Shown one piece after another: positions 59,815-64,000 of a stretch of 64,000 nt of DNA. Position 1 is the stretch's first letter; each line of letters opens with the position of its first letter. The notes under the pieces are model-generated. The model did not search any database, was not told the origin of the DNA, and saw only the letters and a program-made list of their open reading frames with translations. Source of the DNA: a cyanobacterium endosymbiont of Rhopalodia gibba (GTDB taxonomy: Bacteria > Cyanobacteriota > Cyanobacteriia > Cyanobacteriales > Microcystaceae); NCBI GenBank assembly GCA_045159875.1, contig CP067995.1:928001-992000 (forward strand). Direction: 5' to 3'. Made by a program: the position numbers and the translations under genes.

Positions 59815-60051
59815 GTGGTTAAAAAGGAAAGCCCAAAAGTTGATCAGATAAAGCCAAAAGCCAATAATAATGAAACACCAAAATCCAACTTTGTTGGGAA
59901 TACTCAAGATGAGTTGACCAAGGTTGTCTGGCCGTCTAGACAACAATTACTTAGCGAATCGGCGGCAGTCATCCTGATGGTTAGTTTAGTAGCTACAGTA
60001 ATTTATCTCGTTGATAATCTTTTCAGTTGGGGAGCAGGGAAGGTATTTTAA
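59815..60051 (+). CDS. secE: Preprotein translocase subunit SecE
   Basis: ELTKVVWPSRQQL plus a TM helix; lies between trnW and nusG. Confidence 0.95.
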   Translation: MVKKESPKVDQIKPKANNNETPKSNFVGNTQDELTKVVWPSRQQLLSESAAVILMVSLVATVIYLVDNLFSWGAGKVF

Positions 60052-60668
60052 TGAGTTTTGCCCAAAATAACTCACCGGAAATAGAACAGCTCGAAGAAAG
60101 AAAAAAAGCGGCTCGTTGGTATGCTGTTCAGGTTGCTTCTGGCTGTGAAAAACGGGTGAAAGCAGACTTAGAGCAACGGATTCATACCCTTGATGTAGCT
60201 GATAGAATCTTGCGGGTTCAAATTCCCAAAACCCCCACGATCAAAGTCCGTAAAGATGGTTCTCGTCACCATGGGGAAGAAAAAGTTTTCCCTGGCTATG
60301 TACTGGTGAGAATGATCATGGACGATGATGCTTGGTTAGTTGTAAAAAATACTCCTAACGTGATCAACTTTGTGGGGTCAGAACAAAAGCGTAGCATCGG
60401 TAGAGGAAGGGGACATGTTAAACCAGTCCCCCTGAGTCCAGGGGAAGTGGAACGAATCTTTAAGCAGGTAGAAGTCCAAGAACCCGTCGTCAAAATCGAT
60501 ACAGAAGTGGGGGATAGAATAATCGTTCTCTCAGGTCCGTTTAAGGATTTTGAAGGGGAAGTGGTAGAAGTAAGTCCAGAACGTAGTAAAGTTAAAGCCT
60601 TACTTTCCATCTTTGGAAGAGACACCCCAGTTGAACTGGAATTTAACCAAATAGAGAAGCAAAATTAG
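60051..60668 (+). CDS. nusG: Transcription factor NusG
   Basis: [21 protein letters not shown] motif [22 protein letters not shown] overlaps the secE stop. Confidence 0.97.
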   Translation: MSFAQNNSPEIEQLEERKKAARWYAVQVASGCEKRVKADLEQRIHTLDVADRILRVQIPKTPTIKVRKDGSRHHGEEKVFPGYVLVRMIMDDDAWLVVKNTPNVINFVGSEQKRSIGRGRGHVKPVPLSPGEVERIFKQVEVQEPVVKIDTEVGDRIIVLSGPFKDFEGEVVEVSPERSKVKALLSIFGRDTPVELEFNQIEKQN

Positions 60669-60670
60669 CG

Positions 60671-61096
60671 ATGGCCAAGAAAGTTGCTGCAATGATTAAA
60701 CTTGCCCTTCCTGCAGGAAAGGCTAACCCCGCCCCTCCCGTGGGACCTGCCTTGGGTCAACACGGGGTGAACATTATGGCATTTTGCAAAGAATATAATG
60801 CCAAAACTGCCGATCAGGCCGGAATGATAGTTCCTGTAGAAATTTCCGTCTACGAAGACCGGAGTTTTACTTTTGTTCTGAAAACGCCTCCAGCTTCAGT
60901 ATTAATTCGCAAAGCGGCCGGAGCACAAAAAGGTTCAAGTCAACCCAATAACGAGAAAGTAGGTAGTATTACTCGTGATCAACTACGAGAAATTGCTCAA
61001 ACTAAAATGCCTGACCTTAATGCTAATGATATTGAAGCGGCAATGAATATTGTTGAGGGAACTGCTCGTAATATGGGAGTTACCATCAACGACTAA
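60671..61096 (+). CDS. rplK: 50S ribosomal protein L11
   Basis: [18 protein letters not shown]. Confidence 0.98.
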   Translation: MAKKVAAMIKLALPAGKANPAPPVGPALGQHGVNIMAFCKEYNAKTADQAGMIVPVEISVYEDRSFTFVLKTPPASVLIRKAAGAQKGSSQPNNEKVGSITRDQLREIAQTKMPDLNANDIEAAMNIVEGTARNMGVTIND

Positions 61097-61124
61097 TGGA
61101 TAGTCTGAATCACTAAAAACTAAC

Positions 61125-61160
61125 TTAGGGGAGAAGTATTACTTCGTTATTGACCCAAGG
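61125..61160 (+). promoter_or_regulatory. Putative L1 autoregulatory RNA site before rplA
   Basis: gggagaag..cttcg..accc structure in the rplK-rplA spacer, where cyanobacterial L1-binding sites occur. Confidence 0.45.
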
Positions 61161-61172
61161 AGAAAATTACTC

Positions 61173-61889
61173 ATGGCTAAAAAACTTTCAAAACGCTTTA
61201 AAGAAGCATTAGCTAAGGTTGAAAAAGACAAGCTATATGAGCCTTTAGAGGCTCTACAACTGCTAAAAAAAACAGCAACGGCTAAATTCAATGAATCGGC
61301 AGAAGCTCACATTCGTTTAGGCATTGATCCTAAATATACTGAGCAGCAACTAAGGACTACAGTTTCTTTACCCAAAGGAACTGGTCAAGAAGTTCGTGTA
61401 GCTGTCATTGCTAGAGGGGAAAAAGTTCAAGAAGCCAGCAATGCAGGAGCGGATATCTACGGTTCAGAAGAATTGATTGAAGAAATTCAAAATGGGATGA
61501 TGGACTTTGAGGTTTTGATTGCTACTCCTGATATGATGCCAAAAGTCGCTAAATTAGGACGTATACTTGGCCCTCGTAGTTTGATGCCTTCTCCTAAAGG
61601 GGGAACAGTAACGGCTGATCTAGAAAGTGCAATCGCTGCATTTAAAGCGGGAAAACTAGAATTTCGTGCTGATAGAACAGGGATCGTTCATGTTATGTTT
61701 GGTAAGGCATCTTTCGCTCCTGAGGATTTGCTGGACAATCTCAAGGCCTTACAGGAAACCATTGACCGTCAGCGTCCCTCTGGTGCCAAAGGGCGTTATT
61801 GGCGCAGTGTCTTTGTCTCGGCTTCTATGGGACCGTCTATTGGCATTGACATTAACCAACTAAGGGATCTAAAATTGGCTGATGTTTAA
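61173..61889 (+). CDS. rplA: 50S ribosomal protein L1
   Basis: [22 protein letters not shown] and EFRADRTG. Confidence 0.98.
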   Translation: MAKKLSKRFKEALAKVEKDKLYEPLEALQLLKKTATAKFNESAEAHIRLGIDPKYTEQQLRTTVSLPKGTGQEVRVAVIARGEKVQEASNAGADIYGSEELIEEIQNGMMDFEVLIATPDMMPKVAKLGRILGPRSLMPSPKGGTVTADLESAIAAFKAGKLEFRADRTGIVHVMFGKASFAPEDLLDNLKALQETIDRQRPSGAKGRYWRSVFVSASMGPSIGIDINQLRDLKLADV

Positions 61890-61969
61890 GATTATCGTAA
61901 TTGAGAAATAACTATTAGTTAATTTCAGTTAAAAAGCAACCCACTATAACTAAATGCTTGTTTGGCTTA

Positions 61970-62110
61970 TGCCGCAGACAGCAGGTGCTATTGACTTAAT
62001 GTCCTGCCGAGGTTGAGGCCTGAAGAAAGTTAAGTAGTAAAGATTTAAAGGATTAATTTCCCTTTTTGTCCTCTTCTTATCCGACCTCAGCCCCGGCAAA
62101 ATGCTGGGGG
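61970..62110 (+). ncRNA. L10 leader (rplJL autoregulatory RNA)
   Basis: ccgcagacagcagg..ttaa..cctgccgagg followed by a ccccggc/gctgggg hairpin, directly upstream of rplJ. Confidence 0.8.
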
Positions 62111-62165
62111 TTTCTTTTTTGGATAATTAGTTAACGTTCCTAAACTTAAGGAGGTGAACACATCA

Positions 62166-62717
62166 ATGGGAAGAACCTATAAAAACAAAGGAACAGTGAT
62201 CACAGATCTTAAAGGACTCTTGAGTGAAGCTCAGCTCGCCTTTGTGATTGATTATCAAGGGTTGACAGTTGCCGACATTACTGATTTACGTGGCCGACTG
62301 CGTCCAACAGGATCAGTGTGCAAGGTAACAAAAAATACCTTAATGAGGATTGCAGTCAAAGAAGACGAAACCTGGAAACCGATGATGAAGTTTCTTAAAG
62401 GTTCATCAGCTTTTATTCTCGTAAAGGACGATGTCGGGGGCGCAATTAGGGCTTATCAAAGTTTCAAAAAAGACACCAAAAAGACCGAATTTCGCGGTGG
62501 TGTCATGCAAGGACAAGCCCTAGATGAAAGTCAAGTGAAGGCGATCGCTGACTTACCCTCAAAAGAAGAACTGATGGGTCAATTGGCTGGAGCGATTAAT
62601 TCACTGGCAACCAAACTGGCCTTTGGTATCAAGGAAGTGCCTTCGTCTGTGGGACGAGGCATTAACGAAGTCCCAAGTTCTTTGAGTCGCGTCATTGGCG
62701 CAATGGCCAACAAGTAA
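62166..62717 (+). CDS. rplJ: 50S ribosomal protein L10
   Basis: DYQGLTV, KVTKNTL, IADLPSKEEL; AGGAGG upstream of the ATG at 62166. Confidence 0.97.
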   Translation: MGRTYKNKGTVITDLKGLLSEAQLAFVIDYQGLTVADITDLRGRLRPTGSVCKVTKNTLMRIAVKEDETWKPMMKFLKGSSAFILVKDDVGGAIRAYQSFKKDTKKTEFRGGVMQGQALDESQVKAIADLPSKEELMGQLAGAINSLATKLAFGIKEVPSSVGRGINEVPSSLSRVIGAMANK

Positions 62718-62808
62718 AGATGGCGATGTAGCCTAAGCATCTGCTTCCATTTAAACTATTGCTTGTTCAATTGTCCACTTTTTTTATTTACTTTCAAGGA
62801 GTTAAATT

Positions 62809-63210
62809 ATGTCTACTGCAACTGATGAAATTCTCGAAAAGCTAAAATCTCTGACCTTATTAGAAGCGTCAGAATTAGTAAAACAGATTGAAGAAGCCTT
62901 TGGTGTTAGTGCTGCTGCTCCTGTGGGCGGTGGTATGATGATGATGGCTCCTGGTGCTGCGGACCCTGGGGCTACGTCCGAACCAGAAGAAGAAAAAACT
63001 GAATTTGACGTCATTCTTGAAGAAGTTCCTAGCGATAAGAAAATTGCTATTCTTAAGGTAGTTCGTGCTATTACTGGTTTAGGACTCAAAGAAGCCAAAG
63101 ATATGGTGGAATCTACGCCTAAAACCATTAAAGAGGCTACTGGTAAGGATGACGCTGAAGAAACTAAGAAGAAACTCGAAGAGGCTGGTGCTAAGGTCAG
63201 TGTAAAATAG
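62809..63210 (+). CDS. rplL: 50S ribosomal protein L7/L12
   Basis: [19 protein letters not shown] and GLGLKEAKD. Confidence 0.98.
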   Translation: MSTATDEILEKLKSLTLLEASELVKQIEEAFGVSAAAPVGGGMMMMAPGAADPGATSEPEEEKTEFDVILEEVPSDKKIAILKVVRAITGLGLKEAKDMVESTPKTIKEATGKDDAEETKKKLEEAGAKVSVK

Positions 63211-63234
63211 TTTTTCTGACTAGTCTCTGGGTGT

Positions 63235-63268
63235 AGTAGGGGTTAACAATTGTTAACCCCTACTTTTT
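63235..63268 (+). terminator. Perfect 30-bp GTAG-type palindrome plus T-tract ending the rpl operon
   Basis: agtaggggttaacaa|ttgttaacccctact followed by tttt. Confidence 0.85.
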
Positions 63269-64000
63269 GGTTGAAAGTTTGAATTTTGAAGTATCAGGAA
63301 AAATGTAAATTTTAGTAATAAAACAATTATATTTTTCTTATTAGTTACTTGGTCAATAGTGTTTATTGTTTGAGAAAAAGGGTTAATTTTTTTTTATTAT
63401 CTATTTAATAGAATTTTCATATATTTGATTCTAGCTCAATAAAAAATAACTCCAACAATGTATGAGAAGTTTATAGTAACTAATTAAATTTAATTTTTTA
63501 AAAACAATTACTTCTAATCGTTTTCTGCCGTATTTACCTACGTTATTAGCTTATATAAAAAATATATGAATAAAAGCATCTTCAGACTAAATCCTCTTAC
63601 CGCTATATTCTAAGAATTACAAAAAATATAATTAATTAGAATAAGTTCTTTTTCTTTCTTCTTATATTTTGCCGAAAAAATTATGATAATTTAATAATAT
63701 TTCTTGCATTTTATTAATTGTTTTGAGATATTCATGAACTAGAGGATCATCTACTAACATCCATAATCTTTTTGCTAACTTACTCTCTCTAATCAGAGAG
63801 TAAGTTAGCAAAATTCTCTAGTAATTCCTAAAGTATTTTTTCCCTTTTTGTTAAGATGATGGTTATAGTTGCTGTATTAGGTAGTTTTGTCCATCAATTA
63901 AATTATATTAAACTCAATAGCTTAGTTTGATTTGTCAAAAAAATAGACTCACATTAACTTGTATTTATCGTGGTTTAACCACCAGTAAATTTAATTAAAT

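Noticed and set aside
1..64000. An intact novel multi-gene system (defence, secretion, biosynthetic cluster, retron or DGR)
   Set aside because: All long ORFs belong to known housekeeping families, and the gaps are explained by decay; no intact RT, nuclease or integrase is present

Overview
AT-rich window from a unicellular cyanobacterium of the Crocosphaera/Cyanothece (Aphanothecaceae)-like group that is undergoing strong reductive evolution. Intact CDS add up to about 26 kb of the 64 kb (about 40%); the rest is pseudogenes, IS relics and eroded spacer. This pattern is what I would expect of a diatom spheroid body (diazoplast) or a similar endosymbiont, but that assignment is inference. Intact genes: GST, a Fur-family regulator, lipoate ligase, recN, cimA, nblS/hik33, a YnbB-like PLP enzyme, desC, fmt, infC, msrA, cobI, an M50 protease, DUF3153, an RNase R/Zam-like protein, clpP, a fructosamine kinase, galE, bicA, psiE, and the rplS-trnW-secE-nusG-rplKAJL cluster. 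Pseudogenes: an osmoprotectant ABC transporter, trmFO, TIGR02652, two DUF4327 paralogues, an M16 peptidase and several conserved hypotheticals. Mobile relics: two IS630 copies, one ISL3 and a probable group II intron fragment. I found no intact novel multi-gene system (no defence island, CRISPR array or biosynthetic cluster). The most interesting signals are non-coding or sub-genic: about a dozen long perfect palindromes in otherwise decayed DNA, tandem NdhR-type ATAG-N8-CTAT boxes before bicA, an A10 tract whose +1 slippage would restore a lipoprotein signal peptide, a 4x22-bp iteron-like array beside a 32-bp palindrome, C-to-T erosion of HIP1, a possible ACG start in infC, and a gene split by two stops that flank its linker.
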